The position numbers were made by a program, and so were the translations under genes. A DNA stretch of 64,000 nt from an uncultured delta proteobacterium (GTDB lineage Bacteria; Desulfobacterota; Syntrophia; Syntrophales; UBA2192), in contig CAVPJD010000002.1 of NCBI GenBank assembly GCA_963705165.1, positions 1 to 64,000 of the forward strand, given 5' to 3'. Positions within the stretch are counted from its first letter, which is position 1; each line of letters opens with the position of its first letter. Shown piece after piece: positions 49,463 through 60,809 of the stretch. Below the pieces are notes generated by a model, which was not told where the DNA came from, searched no databases, and saw only the letters and a list, made by a program, of their open reading frames with translations.

Positions 49463-50839
49463 TCAATCCGCTGCCGTCTTTGCCGGCGGCGGCGCCATCA
49501 TCGCGGCATCGGGCCCGTGAGCCAGCACCCGTCCCGCCAGGGCGAAGAATGCCGCCGCGAGCAGGCCGGCAATCACGAGATATCCCGCAAGCGATACCGC
49601 AACCATGCCCGCCGGGAGCGCCGTAGCCGACTCGCTCGTTTTCACCAGGTTGTAGACAAGCCAGGGCTGGCGGCCCACCTCGCGGGTGACCCAGCCGCCT
49701 TCCACGGCCGCCCAGGCAAGCGGTCCCGCCGCCATCCAGGCCCAGAGAAGCCACTTCTCCCCGGGGAGCCTTTCGGCCGTGAGGGCCCCCTTTTTCCACC
49801 TCCAGATTGTCCACAGCGCAAGGCCCACCAGGGCAAAGCCGGCGATCACCATGACGCGGAAGGTGTAGAAGGTGATGAGAACGGGCGGGTGCACATCCTT
49901 CGGGAATTCCTTGAGCCCCTTCACCTCGCCCGTGGGCGAGTGGGTGAGAAGAAGGCTCAGCACGTAGGGGACCTCCACGGCCCAGACATTTTTCTGGTTT
50001 GCCTCATCGGGCCAGCCCGCGATGATCCAGGCGGCCCCCTCGCCCGGGGGATTCGTTTTCCAGTGGGCCTCCATGGCGGCAAGCTTGATCGGCTGGTGTC
50101 TGGCCACATGCCGGCCCGTCTCGTCGCCGATGACGGCCTGCAGGGGGGCGATCACGATGGCGGCAATCAGGGCCACCTTGAAGGAACGGGTGAAGAACTC
50201 CACGTGGCGGCGGCGCAGCACGTACCAGGCGCTGATCCCGCCGATGACGAAGAGGCTCGTCTCGAGGCAGGCCACGTACATGTGGGAAACGGCGAAGATC
50301 ATGTCGGGGTTGAAGATGGCCTCGCGGTAGCTCGTGAGGATCAGGCGGCCGTCCTGCAGGATCACCCCGGCCGGGGTCTGCATCCAGGAGTTGACCACCA
50401 TGATCCAGAAGACCGAAAGCGATGAGCCCACGACGACCATGCAGGTGGCAAAGAAGTGGAGCTTCGGCGGCAACCGGTTCCACCCGAAGATCATGATCCC
50501 CAGGAAACCGGCCTCGAGCATGAAGGCAGACAGGGTCTCCGTGCCCAGGATCTCGCCGAAGAAGGTGCTCCTCGCCGCGAAAGGCGCCCAGTTGTTGCCG
50601 AAGGAAAACTCCAGGGGAAGCCCCGTGACGACGCCAATGCCGAAGTTCAGCAGTAAAAGCCGGCTCCAGAAACGCGCATGGCCGTAATAGACGGGGTCTT
50701 TCGTCTTGAGCCACAGGCCCTCCATCACGGCAATGAAGAGGGCAAGCCCGACGGTGATGACCGAGAAGGAGATGTGCACCATGGCCATGGCGGCAAACTG
50801 CAGGCGGGAGAGCATCACGGTATCGAAGAGAGCGTCCAT
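49463..50839 (-). CDS. cydA: Cytochrome bd oxidase subunit I (short Q-loop)
   Basis: LSRLQF, FMLEAGF, NSWMQTP, QPIKLAAME, FRVM, EVGRQPW. Confidence 0.96.
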   Translation of the reverse strand: MDALFDTVMLSRLQFAAMAMVHISFSVITVGLALFIAVMEGLWLKTKDPVYYGHARFWSRLLLLNFGIGVVTGLPLEFSFGNNWAPFAARSTFFGEILGTETLSAFMLEAGFLGIMIFGWNRLPPKLHFFATCMVVVGSSLSVFWIMVVNSWMQTPAGVILQDGRLILTSYREAIFNPDMIFAVSHMYVACLETSLFVIGGISAWYVLRRRHVEFFTRSFKVALIAAIVIAPLQAVIGDETGRHVARHQPIKLAAMEAHWKTNPPGEGAAWIIAGWPDEANQKNVWAVEVPYVLSLLLTHSPTGEVKGLKEFPKDVHPPVLITFYTFRVMVIAGFALVGLALWTIWRWKKGALTAERLPGEKWLLWAWMAAGPLAWAAVEGGWVTREVGRQPWLVYNLVKTSESATALPAGMVAVSLAGYLVIAGLLAAAFFALAGRVLAHGPDAAMMAPPPAKTAAD

Positions 50840-50954
50840 CGCACCTCACCTCTCATGAAAACCCCGGCCTGAAACCGGGATGGCATAAATCGAGAAGGTA
50901 AGAAGGTGAGACCCTCTTACCTTCTTCTTCCGTGCGTCGGGCGAAAGCCCGATC

Positions 50955-51224
50955 TCACTTGGTCCGGGTCACGAGAAGTGTCGCCGTGTCGAACCCCTCC
51001 ACGGACAGAAGCCGGATCTCGTAGAGGGCCCCATCAGGGCACTCGTAATGGACGAACTCGCCGAGGTTGAGCCGCTCGATCTCGAGATTCTCGGCCCCCA
51101 CGGCCCCGATCCGGATGTGGGCAAAGCTGTGGGCCACACTCACGATGCTGACAAAGAGGGCCCCCTGGGCGGCGACTGCCGTGGAGTATTGCTTGACCGT
51201 GATCGTTTCACTCGGGTACGTCAT
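50955..51224 (-). CDS. Small hypothetical protein
   Basis: 89 aa, GGAGA RBS, GC-rich third codon positions like host genes. No recognised motif. Confidence 0.55.
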   Translation of the reverse strand: MTYPSETITVKQYSTAVAAQGALFVSIVSVAHSFAHIRIGAVGAENLEIERLNLGEFVHYECPDGALYEIRLLSVEGFDTATLLVTRTK

Positions 51225-51468
51225 GTTCCGTTCTCCGCTGTCCCCTTTGAGTCGATATCCTTTGAGCGCAGAAAAAGCGAAGGGCTCTGGCCCCTGTCAA
51301 GTCTTTGGCCTGCATATCATTTCAGGCATCGGGAAGGCAGGCGCCGTCATTTTAGCAAATCACCGCCTGAATACCAGTTTTTTTTGCTGAAGGCTTAGGC
51401 GATGCCTCATAAAAGACGAAATGAATCAACCGCTTAAAAATGGCCGACAAAAAACCGGGTGGGGTCTA

Positions 51469-51496
51469 TTGCTTTTGCCGCGGGGTTTACTATATT
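51469..51496 (+). promoter_or_regulatory. Sigma70-like promoter with no downstream protein gene
   Basis: TTGCTT (51469-51474), 16-nt spacer, TATATT (51491-51496). Confidence 0.5.
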
Positions 51497-51501
51497 AAGT
51501 G

Positions 51502-51766
51502 CACAAGTGATACACCGGTTTCGGTATCGCTCTTCACTTTAGGGCTCGACCTCGACTTTTCGCATGGACCGACAGATTATCGCCCCAGCCCTACCGAAGC
51601 CAGCAGGCATCCAGCCTCCCCCCTCCTTGGCTGTTTGCCTTCTCGGGGGCCTTTCCTTCCTCCTTTGGCCCCCTGAACGACGGTAGGGCCGGGCCAAAAA
51701 CAGCCTGCCCGCACACCGCTGGCAAAATGGGCACAAAAAAGCAGGGCCATTCGCCCTGCTTTTTTT
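51502..51766 (+). ncRNA. Candidate structured small RNA with two CCUCCU loops
   Basis: Promoter, 5' hairpin with a U-G pair, three-way junction 51582-51694, terminator 51735-51766. Confidence 0.55.
51735..51766. terminator. Bidirectional intrinsic terminator
   Basis: AAAAAAGCAGGGC-CATTC-GCCCTGCTTTTTTT. Confidence 0.85.
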
Positions 51767-51789
51767 ATGGAAGAAAGGAGGAAGTGGGG

Positions 51790-52161
51790 TTAATTCATGG
51801 CCTCACGGAAGGGGGTGATCAGATAACCCTCGTCGAAGCCGATGGCCATCCCGGCCAGCCCCGACCGGATTACGGTCCCGTTGACCTTGATGAGCCCCCT
51901 CGTGTTGTCGCTGATGGCGCTGACATTGCGAACCGGGAGCAGGATGTCGAGCTTGACCTTCGTCCCCGGTGGAAGGGGTGCTTTGGTCGGGAAATATGCG
52001 CCCCCCGCGCAGATATCGCTAGTCAGGAGTTCAGTGATGGGCACCGTGTCCGCTGAGGACAACACCTCGATCTTGGCCGGGACCTGGAGCTCGAATCGCT
52101 CCAGCCTCCTGCGTTCGGAAACGAGGTCATAGGAGTCAGCCGTTCGCGTTATCTTCCTCAT
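51790..52161 (-). CDS. PilZ-domain protein
   Basis: ERRRLER (RxxxR), DICAGGA (variant of DxSxxG), GTVIR...GMAIGF. Confidence 0.85.
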   Translation of the reverse strand: MRKITRTADSYDLVSERRRLERFELQVPAKIEVLSSADTVPITELLTSDICAGGAYFPTKAPLPPGTKVKLDILLPVRNVSAISDNTRGLIKVNGTVIRSGLAGMAIGFDEGYLITPFREAMN

Positions 52162-52493
52162 CGCACCCTATTCCTTTCCTTTCCCTTGTCAGCCTGGCTC
52201 GCAAGAAAAAGAGGTTCGCCTGTCCCGAAAAAATAGTCGAACTCACAGAAGTTTCATTCAGAATTCGTGCCAACCGGGGAAGGGTATAGGGTTCAGGGGG
52301 CAGGGTTCAGGGGGCAGGAAAAGTTGCAATAAGTGCATGCGGTTACGCTCAGGCCGGCTCCGGCAATATTCATTAACGACAAAAAAAGGACCGGGCTGAG
52401 TCTCCCGGTCCGTCGATCTCTTTTCTCTGAAACCTCTATGTTTTGATGCTTTTACCTCGATCCTTTGTCCTCGGACCTCGTTTCTGCCGTCTC

Positions 52494-54017
<1,524 letters not shown>

Positions 54018-54236
54018 GCCGGCGTCGCTTCCTTTTCCTCTCCCGGGCTCGTTGAAGAAACGGCCCGAATGGCAACCATCAGGGTCCGGAGCCTATCCCT
54101 CTGTCCCCTTGCAGTCCCTTTGCTTTACCTTTGCAAGGAATTTGCCGATTTTCCCCTTTTTATCCATTTATTTAGAGCAGATACGCAACCAAGATCGGGA
54201 AATCCGCCCACACTCTGTAGTTTTTTACCGAAATTT

Positions 54237-55775
54237 TCAACAAAAATTTAGCATAAACGGGGCATGATTGGATGTGAAATACGGCGGCTGGCGCCGCACG
54301 ATGGGCGCAACGGCGGGGTGCCGGCGCAGCTCCCTGTCCAGAAAGGCCCGCACCTCCCGTCTGCCCCACCCCGCGGGGTGGTCGAAATCGGCGTAAAGCG
54401 AAAGATCCCCCTCGGAGAAGGGGTGGACGCGAAGATAGGCCGCCTCGTCGGAGCCGGCGGGGAGATTGAAGATTGCCAGGTTGAGAAAATCGATCACATC
54501 GGCATGTCCTGCGGCAAACTCCAGGGTGCGCTGCGCAGCCTCGGGGCTCTCAGCCGGGGTCCCGAAAAGAAGGTAGACATAGGTGCCGATACCGGCCCCC
54601 TTCAGGGCCTTCAGGGCCCGCGAGGCCTCGTCGACACGGATTCCCTTCTCGAGGGCATCGAGCACCCCCTGGTCGCCCGACTCGAGACCGAGTTTCAGCA
54701 TGGCGCAGCCCGACGCCTTCAGGGCCCGGCAGAAATCCGCATCGGCAAGCCGGGGGCTCACCCGGGTAAAACCGTACCAGGGAACCCCCGGGGGATGATC
54801 GGCCAGGTGCTCCAGGAGCCGCGGGCTCATTGTACTGTCGAGAAAGTGGATGAGGGACGGGTGCCCCCTTTGGATGAGAGCCTCCAGGTCCGCCTGGACC
54901 TGCTCCTCCGGGACGGGGTTGTAGCAGCCCCCTTCGGCCTTCTCCGGGCAGAAGGTGCACCTGCGCCACCAGCAGCCCCGGGAGGCGCTGTAGGGGAGGA
55001 TCGGACCGGGCGCAAGGTAGTCCCCTGAGGCAAAATCGCTGTAGTCGGGGCGGGGAATACGCTCCCCGCATGGTCCGACCCCGGCAAGCCCCAGGAGGAA
55101 GTCCTCCCCCGGGCCGGCGACACAGTGGTCGACGAGCCCCGGGAAGGGGTTTCGGCCTTTGGCCCCCTTCAGCCACGACGTCACGAGCCCGCCGCCCAGC
55201 ACGATGACGAGCCGGGGGAAGCGTTCTCGGATGAATCCGATCATGGCAAAAGCGCAGAGGGCCTGGCTCAGGTAGTTCAGGGATACGCCGGCAACGGCGG
55301 GATTGCCCTCGGCGACGAGGGCCTCAATTCTTCGACTGAACCAGGGATGGAAGGGGTTGGATTCATGCTCGCGGGCTGCCCGGAGAAGGTCCCCGGACTT
55401 CAGGGGGGAATACCGGGGGTCCTGGTAATCGGCCAGGCTGAGGGAAAGGCCCGCCTGCCGCCCCCCTCGCGCAAGCAGGCGGTTGACGTCATTGACGCAG
55501 CGGCGGTACCGGTCCATATGGCCGTAAAGCCCAGGGCTTCTCAGCCGGGCAAGATGCTCCGGGAGGCTGCGCCGGGCCCGGTTCGTCCAGGTGTCAAATA
55601 TCTGACTGGCGGGTCCGGCCGCCTCTCCGAGCAGAGCCAACTGGCCTTCCAGGTTTGCATCCAGGACGGTGCACCCCACATTGTGCTCCCTCAGGCAACC
55701 GGCCAGCCGCGCAATCCCGCCCGGCGGCTCGCAGGCCTTCGCGACGGGGGGGTGGATTAAAAGAAAGTGGGCGAT
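54237..55775 (-). CDS. Radical SAM protein with B12-binding-like N-terminal domain
   Basis: SRGCWWRRCTFC, LGLESG, YLLFGTP. The frame extends upstream of the ORF-track start to LLIHPP...EPPGGIARL, beginning at ATC 55775 after AAGGAG. Confidence 0.85.
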   Translation of the reverse strand: MAHFLLIHPPVAKACEPPGGIARLAGCLREHNVGCTVLDANLEGQLALLGEAAGPASQIFDTWTNRARRSLPEHLARLRSPGLYGHMDRYRRCVNDVNRLLARGGRQAGLSLSLADYQDPRYSPLKSGDLLRAAREHESNPFHPWFSRRIEALVAEGNPAVAGVSLNYLSQALCAFAMIGFIRERFPRLVIVLGGGLVTSWLKGAKGRNPFPGLVDHCVAGPGEDFLLGLAGVGPCGERIPRPDYSDFASGDYLAPGPILPYSASRGCWWRRCTFCPEKAEGGCYNPVPEEQVQADLEALIQRGHPSLIHFLDSTMSPRLLEHLADHPPGVPWYGFTRVSPRLADADFCRALKASGCAMLKLGLESGDQGVLDALEKGIRVDEASRALKALKGAGIGTYVYLLFGTPAESPEAAQRTLEFAAGHADVIDFLNLAIFNLPAGSDEAAYLRVHPFSEGDLSLYADFDHPAGWGRREVRAFLDRELRRHPAVAPIVRRQPPYFTSNHAPFMLNFC

Positions 55776-55998
55776 GGTTGCTCTCCTTGCATCGGCTGAA
55801 GCAATGTCTCGGCCGGTGGATTCTATCTTACCTATAGGTGTCAGGTGGCAGGTATCAGGTAGCAGGAAAGAAACAATAGGGGGAATGCCTGTTACCTGTT
55901 ACCTGTTACCTGTACTACCTATCCCCTAAAATATCGTTTGACAAGGCACAAATCGTGTGCAAATTAACCGCAAGTTATTTTCTCCGGAGGAAAATTAA

Positions 55999-56319
55999 AT
56001 GTTCGAAATTACACCCAAAGCGGAAGAGATGATGATTGCGTTTTTCAAGGAACGCGACGAGAAAGCCCTCGTCAGGATATTCCTCAACGAGGGTGGCTGA
56101 GCGGGGCCCTCCCTGGGCATGGCTCTGGATGAGTCACGCGACGGCGATGAGATTTTCAACCAGAACGGGCTGACCTTCATGATCGAGAAGGCGCTTTTGG
56201 AAGACGTGAAACCCGTCAAGATCGATTTCGTTGAAACACCCCGCGGGGCGGGATACGCGATCACCTCCAGCCTTCAGAAGGCCGACGGTTGCGGCGGTTG
56301 CGGCGGTTCCTGCGACTGA
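55999..56319 (+). CDS. IscA/HesB-like selenoprotein (Sec at codon 34)
   Basis: GGAGG RBS, ATG at 55999, ...VRIFLNEGG-TGA-AGPSLGMALDE..., C-terminal CGGCGGSC. SECIS-like hairpin downstream of the TGA. Confidence 0.9.
56117..56139 (+). promoter_or_regulatory. Putative bacterial SECIS hairpin
   Basis: GCATGGCTC-TGGAT-GAGTCACGC. G-containing apical loop 25 nt after the TGA at 56098-56100. Confidence 0.7.
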
Positions 56320-56346
56320 TCAGCACAGCACTTGACCGAATACGGG

Positions 56347-56376
56347 AAAGGGGAGCTTTTGGCTCCCCTTTTTTTT
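56347..56376. terminator. Intrinsic terminator
   Basis: AAAGGGGAGC-TTTTG-GCTCCCCTTTTTTTT. Confidence 0.85.
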
Positions 56377-56380
56377 ATGC

Positions 56381-58390
56381 TCACAATTCCCCCGCCTCAG
56401 TCATCTCCTGCTCAATCGCGTCGATCTTTTCCTGAAGCACCGACCATTGCTGATAGAGCGCGTCGAGGACCGGCGCGATCTCCCGGTACTCGGAGCCCGC
56501 CGAGCGCGCCTGATTCGCGTCCCCGTAAGTCCGCGGATCGGCAAGGATCGATTCCAACTCCTCCTTGCGTTTCTCCATCTGCCCGATCCGGGAAAGCAGG
56601 CTCTCGACGTCGTCCTTGAGCGGCCTGAGCCTTCGATAGCGCTCCTGGCGGCGTTCGGCCTCGCGACGCCTGCGTTCCCGCTCGCCCTGATTTCCGCTCC
56701 TGCTGCCGGCATCGGGGTCTGCGCCGGTTTTTCCGAACTGTTCCCCGGTCTGTCCCCCGGCTTGTTCCCCGGTCTCTTTCTCGTGCCAGATCCGCAGGTA
56801 GTCGTCAACGGAGCCCGGGTAAACCACAAGCCCCCGATTCTTTGCCACGATCACCTTTGTGATGAGGCCGGCCAGAAAGTCGCGATCATGGGAGACGATG
56901 GCGAAGGTCCCTTCGAAGTTCCGCAGGGCCTCCTTGAGCACCTCCTTGGAGCGCAGATCGAGGTGGTTCGTCGGCTCGTCGAGGATGAGGAAGTTGGCCG
57001 GCACCAGGAGCATCCGCGCCAGCGCGAGCCGGCTCTTCTCTCCGCCGGACAGGACCGACACCCGTTTGAACACGTCGTCTTCGGAAAAGAGAAAATGACC
57101 CAGCAGGGTCCTGAGGTTTCCCCCCGTGCCGAAGGCCGCCACCTCCTCGACGCTCTCGAGCACCGTCTTCGCGGGGTTGAGCGCATCGGCCTGGTTCTGG
57201 GCATAGTAGGAGGCAATGACCTGGTGCCCCTCGGTGCGGCGCCCGCCCTGGATCGGCTCGGTTCCCGCCAGGACCCTGGCCAGAGTTGACTTGCCGGCGC
57301 CGTTCACACCGAGCACGGCGACGCGGTCCCCCCGCTCGATGGTGAGCGAGACCCCGTCGAGCACGCGAGTGTCTCCGTAGCGCTTGTCCACGCCCTCGAG
57401 GTGCAGGACGTGCCTGCCCGAGCGGGGTGGCGTTGGGAAGCGGAAGGCAATCTCCTCTTCATCCGTCTCGAGCTCGATGAGATCGACCTTCTCGATGCGC
57501 TTCATCCGGCTCTGGACCTGTCTTGCCTTCGTGCTCTTGGCCCGGAAGCGCTCGATGAAGCGCTCCGTCTCGCGGATCATCTTCTGCTGGTTCTCGAAGG
57601 CCGCCTCGAGAAGTCCGCGCCGGTTTTCCTTCTCGCGCAGATAGTCGGAGTAGTTGCCCGCATACTCCGTCCCCTTTCCCTGCGTGATCTCGACGGTGCG
57701 TCGGACCAGGTTGTCCAGGAAGCGCCTGTCATGCGAGACGAGCAGAATGGCCCCCGCGTAGGACTTCAGGTAGGCCTCGAGCCACTCGAGGGATTCGATG
57801 TCGAGGTGGTTTGTCGGCTCGTCGAGCAGCAGCACCGACGGCTCCCTCAGGAGAAGCCTTGCCAGCTCGATCCGCATCTGCCAGCCGCTGCTGAACTCCC
57901 CCGAGGGCCGGTGCAGATCCGGTTCCCGGAAGCCGAGCCCGAAAAGGATCTCCTTGGCCCTGGCCTCGATCCGCCAGCCTTCGCCGTCCTCGATGCGGTG
58001 CTGGATGCGCCCCATGTCGGCAAGCAGGCTCTCGATTGCCGGGCCGGATTCCCCGGCAGCGGTTCTGGCCTGGATCTCCATGGAGATCTCGTCAAAGCGA
58101 GCCTGGAGCTGCTGCAGATCCTCGAAGGCCTTCAGGGTCTCCTCGAGGAGCGTCCGGCCGGCGTGCCCGATGAGCTCCTGGGGCAGGTAGCCGACGGTCG
58201 AGAAGCGGGACTTGTGGATCGCGCCCGCGTCGGCCTCGATCTGGCCCGTGACGATCTTCATCAGCGTCGATTTCCCCGTCCCGTTGGACCCGACAAGGGC
58301 AATCCGGTCGCGCTCGCCGATGAACAGGGAAAGGCCCTCGAAGAGGACCTTGGGGCCGTACTGCTTGGAGATGTTGTCTAATGAAAGCAT
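56381..58390 (-). CDS. ABC-F family ATPase
   Basis: Two NBDs (GSNGTGKS/FSSGW/DEPTNHLD and GVNGAGKS/LSGGE/DEPTNHLD), helical linker, coiled-coil tail, no TM. Confidence 0.95.
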   Translation of the reverse strand: MLSLDNISKQYGPKVLFEGLSLFIGERDRIALVGSNGTGKSTLMKIVTGQIEADAGAIHKSRFSTVGYLPQELIGHAGRTLLEETLKAFEDLQQLQARFDEISMEIQARTAAGESGPAIESLLADMGRIQHRIEDGEGWRIEARAKEILFGLGFREPDLHRPSGEFSSGWQMRIELARLLLREPSVLLLDEPTNHLDIESLEWLEAYLKSYAGAILLVSHDRRFLDNLVRRTVEITQGKGTEYAGNYSDYLREKENRRGLLEAAFENQQKMIRETERFIERFRAKSTKARQVQSRMKRIEKVDLIELETDEEEIAFRFPTPPRSGRHVLHLEGVDKRYGDTRVLDGVSLTIERGDRVAVLGVNGAGKSTLARVLAGTEPIQGGRRTEGHQVIASYYAQNQADALNPAKTVLESVEEVAAFGTGGNLRTLLGHFLFSEDDVFKRVSVLSGGEKSRLALARMLLVPANFLILDEPTNHLDLRSKEVLKEALRNFEGTFAIVSHDRDFLAGLITKVIVAKNRGLVVYPGSVDDYLRIWHEKETGEQAGGQTGEQFGKTGADPDAGSRSGNQGERERRRREAERRQERYRRLRPLKDDVESLLSRIGQMEKRKEELESILADPRTYGDANQARSAGSEYREIAPVLDALYQQWSVLQEKIDAIEQEMTEAGEL

Positions 58391-58558
58391 GGCTTATGGC
58401 TAAGGGCTTATGGCTTAAGGCAAAAGACGAAGGACAAGATTACAATTTCTCTTGAGCCTTATGCCTTAAGCCCTGAGCCCTACGCCGCGAAGGTCAAATA
58501 AAAGGCGGGGTTGATGATCCCCGCCCTGTGGATTCTGTATGCGTTCATCGATGCGACG

Positions 58559-59056
58559 TCATGCGTATTCCGTGTTCGACGTCAGGGTCGCCAGGGCCCT
58601 CTCGCCGATGAGCAGCACCCGCGTGTGATTGAGCCTCGAGGCGAGCAGCCTGGTGAGCCCCTTCATGATTTCGTAACCCATCTGGCAGTCCTCCTCCATG
58701 AGGGCCTTGAGCTTGCCGCCCTCGAAGACAATCATCTTGGTCGGCTCTGCAATGAGAGCGCTCAGGGTGTGGAGATGGGGATCCACGAAAGCGGACCATC
58801 CGAAGGCCTCCCGAAGGGTCACCACGTCGATGATGACCTGCATGGGGGGCCGGGTGGGTCCCATGTCGCATTTCATTTCCAGAAAGACTTTCCCCTTCTG
58901 TACCAGATACAGATGGGTCGAGGGATCGCCTTCCTTGTAGAGCAGAGCCCCGGTCGGATAGGCTTCCTCTTTCGCAAGCGCGGCGAGCTTTTCGAGCTGC
59001 GCGTCGTTCAATCCCTCGAAGACATTACACTCCTTTAAATAAGCCGCTGATGCCAT
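58559..59056 (-). CDS. Stand-alone cyclic-nucleotide-binding domain protein
   Basis: FEGLNDAQL, LYKEGDP..HLYLVQKGKV, EAFGWSA. No HTH. Confidence 0.85.
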   Translation of the reverse strand: MASAAYLKECNVFEGLNDAQLEKLAALAKEEAYPTGALLYKEGDPSTHLYLVQKGKVFLEMKCDMGPTRPPMQVIIDVVTLREAFGWSAFVDPHLHTLSALIAEPTKMIVFEGGKLKALMEEDCQMGYEIMKGLTRLLASRLNHTRVLLIGERALATLTSNTEYA

Positions 59057-59239
59057 GGGATCACACCTCCTTTTCAGAATGAGCGATGAAAAATGAATGT
59101 AAGACGCAAAGTAGTTCTTCTATATCAGCCTTTTGACTTGAATTCTATCGGAAATTTCCGGGCGGGACACGCAGGGTGAGCATGGAGACAAAAGAGGCGG
59201 CACCGGGAAGGCACCGCCTTTTTCTGGGTCTATTTTTTC

Positions 59240-59440
59240 TTACATCATCTCCACGTTCTTCGCCTTCGGGCCCCTGTCCGACGTCTCGATCTCGAACTGG
59301 ACCCGCTGCCCCTCCTGCAGACTCCTGAATCCAGCGGCCTTGATCGCCGTGTAATGGACGAAGAGATCACCGCCCCCGTCCTGCTGAATGAAGCCAAACC
59401 CTTTCTTCTCGTTGAACCACTTGACGATTCCCTGCGCCAT
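59240..59440 (-). CDS. Cold-shock protein
   Basis: 66 aa. [15 protein letters not shown] (RNP1), LFVHY (RNP2), GGAGGG RBS. Confidence 0.97.
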   Translation of the reverse strand: MAQGIVKWFNEKKGFGFIQQDGGGDLFVHYTAIKAAGFRSLQEGQRVQFEIETSDRGPKAKNVEMM

Positions 59441-59695
59441 CGTGCTCCCTCCTGTGAAAAAAATTCTCGATGGCCGGGAGCAGACACTCTGACAGAAAAA
59501 CCGGGAACCGCTGACAGACCCTCGATCACCGGCCCCTATTCCCTCCAGAATGGTCCCCCCCTTAGACCACCCGGCGAAACATATCGCCACGCCGCAATGC
59601 CTGTCAAGCACATTTTCAGGGCGCCGCGGGCACGGGGGGACGTGCGGAAACCCATGGCCGTTGCAGGGTTTACGGGTTTATGCCATACTCCATTC

Positions 59696-60697
59696 ATGAC
59701 GTTCCCCCTTCGCATGACAGAGCGGGGCCTTGCCTGCGAGGCCGGCGGTTTCCACATCGACCCCTGGGGACCCGTGGACCGCGCCGTCGTCACCCACGCG
59801 CACGCCGATCACACCTGCAAGGGGTGCGGGCACTACCTGGCGTCGCGCGAGGGCAGCCACGTCCTGAGGACACGCCTGGGGAACGAGGCCACGATCCAAC
59901 TGCTGGAATACGGAGAGGCCATCGACCTCAACGGCTATCGGCTGTCGCTGCACCCTGCCGGCCATATCCTGGGCTCGGCCCAGGTGCGGATCGAGCACCA
60001 TGGTCACGTGACCGTTTTCAGCGGCGATTACAAGATCCAGGCCGACCCTACCTGCACGCCCTTCGAGCTTCTTCGATGCCACAGTTTCATCACCGAATCG
60101 ACCTTCGGGCTGCCCGTCTATCGCTGGGACGATCCGGAGCGCGTCTTCGAAGAGATCCGTGCCTGGTGGGGATCGAACCAGGAAGCGGGCCGCGCCAGCG
60201 TGATCCTGGCCTATGTCCTCGGCAAGGCACAGAGCGTCCTCATGGGGCTCGATCCGTCCATGGGTCCCGTGTATACGCACAGCCTGGTGGAGGAGATGAA
60301 CCGGCGCTACCGGATGAGCGGCGTGGGGCTTCCGAACACGCTCCCCGTCGAAAAGGCGACAAAAAAAAGCGATTTCAGCCGGGCGATCATCCTCGCGCCG
60401 CCCTCTGTGCGCGGCACAACCTGGATGAGGCAGTTCGGCGAGTGTTCGACGGCCCTGGCCTCAGGCTGGATGCGCATCCGCGGGATGAGACGCCGCCGCG
60501 GCGTCGATCGCGGCTTCGTCCTATCGGACCACGCGGACTGGCCCGGCCTGATGGAGACGATTGCGGCTACGGGGGCCGAAGAGGTCCATGTCACCCACGG
60601 CTTCGTCTCCCCCGTCGTGCGCATGCTCCGGGAGAAAGGTATCGATGCGCGGCCGCTGAAGGCCAGGTTTGCAGCCGATGAGACGACGGAAGACTAA
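59696..60697 (+). CDS. Ligase-associated metallo-beta-lactamase-fold exonuclease
   Basis: IDPW, THAHADH, PAGHILGS, SGDYK, TESTFGLP, LSDHADW, THG. Confidence 0.92.
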   Translation: MTFPLRMTERGLACEAGGFHIDPWGPVDRAVVTHAHADHTCKGCGHYLASREGSHVLRTRLGNEATIQLLEYGEAIDLNGYRLSLHPAGHILGSAQVRIEHHGHVTVFSGDYKIQADPTCTPFELLRCHSFITESTFGLPVYRWDDPERVFEEIRAWWGSNQEAGRASVILAYVLGKAQSVLMGLDPSMGPVYTHSLVEEMNRRYRMSGVGLPNTLPVEKATKKSDFSRAIILAPPSVRGTTWMRQFGECSTALASGWMRIRGMRRRRGVDRGFVLSDHADWPGLMETIAATGAEEVHVTHGFVSPVVRMLREKGIDARPLKARFAADETTED

Positions 60698-60701
60698 GGA
60701 A

Positions 60702-60797
60702 GAATGGAATACTGGAATATTGGAGTGATGGAATAATGGGTGATAAAAACAATCCCGTATCCTTGACCCATCATTCCACAATTCCATTACTCCATTA
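60702..60797. repeat. Inverted octamer arrays (ATGGAATA-type)
   Basis: ATGGAATA CTGGAATA TTGGAGTG ATGGAATA ... CATTCCA CAATTCCA TTACTCCA. The same unit occurs at 35858-35893. Confidence 0.8.
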
Positions 60798-60809
60798 ACC
60801 CGGTGTCTT

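Noticed and set aside
51539..51736. Small minus-strand ORF (or 23-aa peptide MPAGFG...) behind GGAGG motifs
   Set aside because: It lies immediately downstream of the pilZ terminator with no promoter. The GGAGG tracts are better explained as the complement of the RNA loops.
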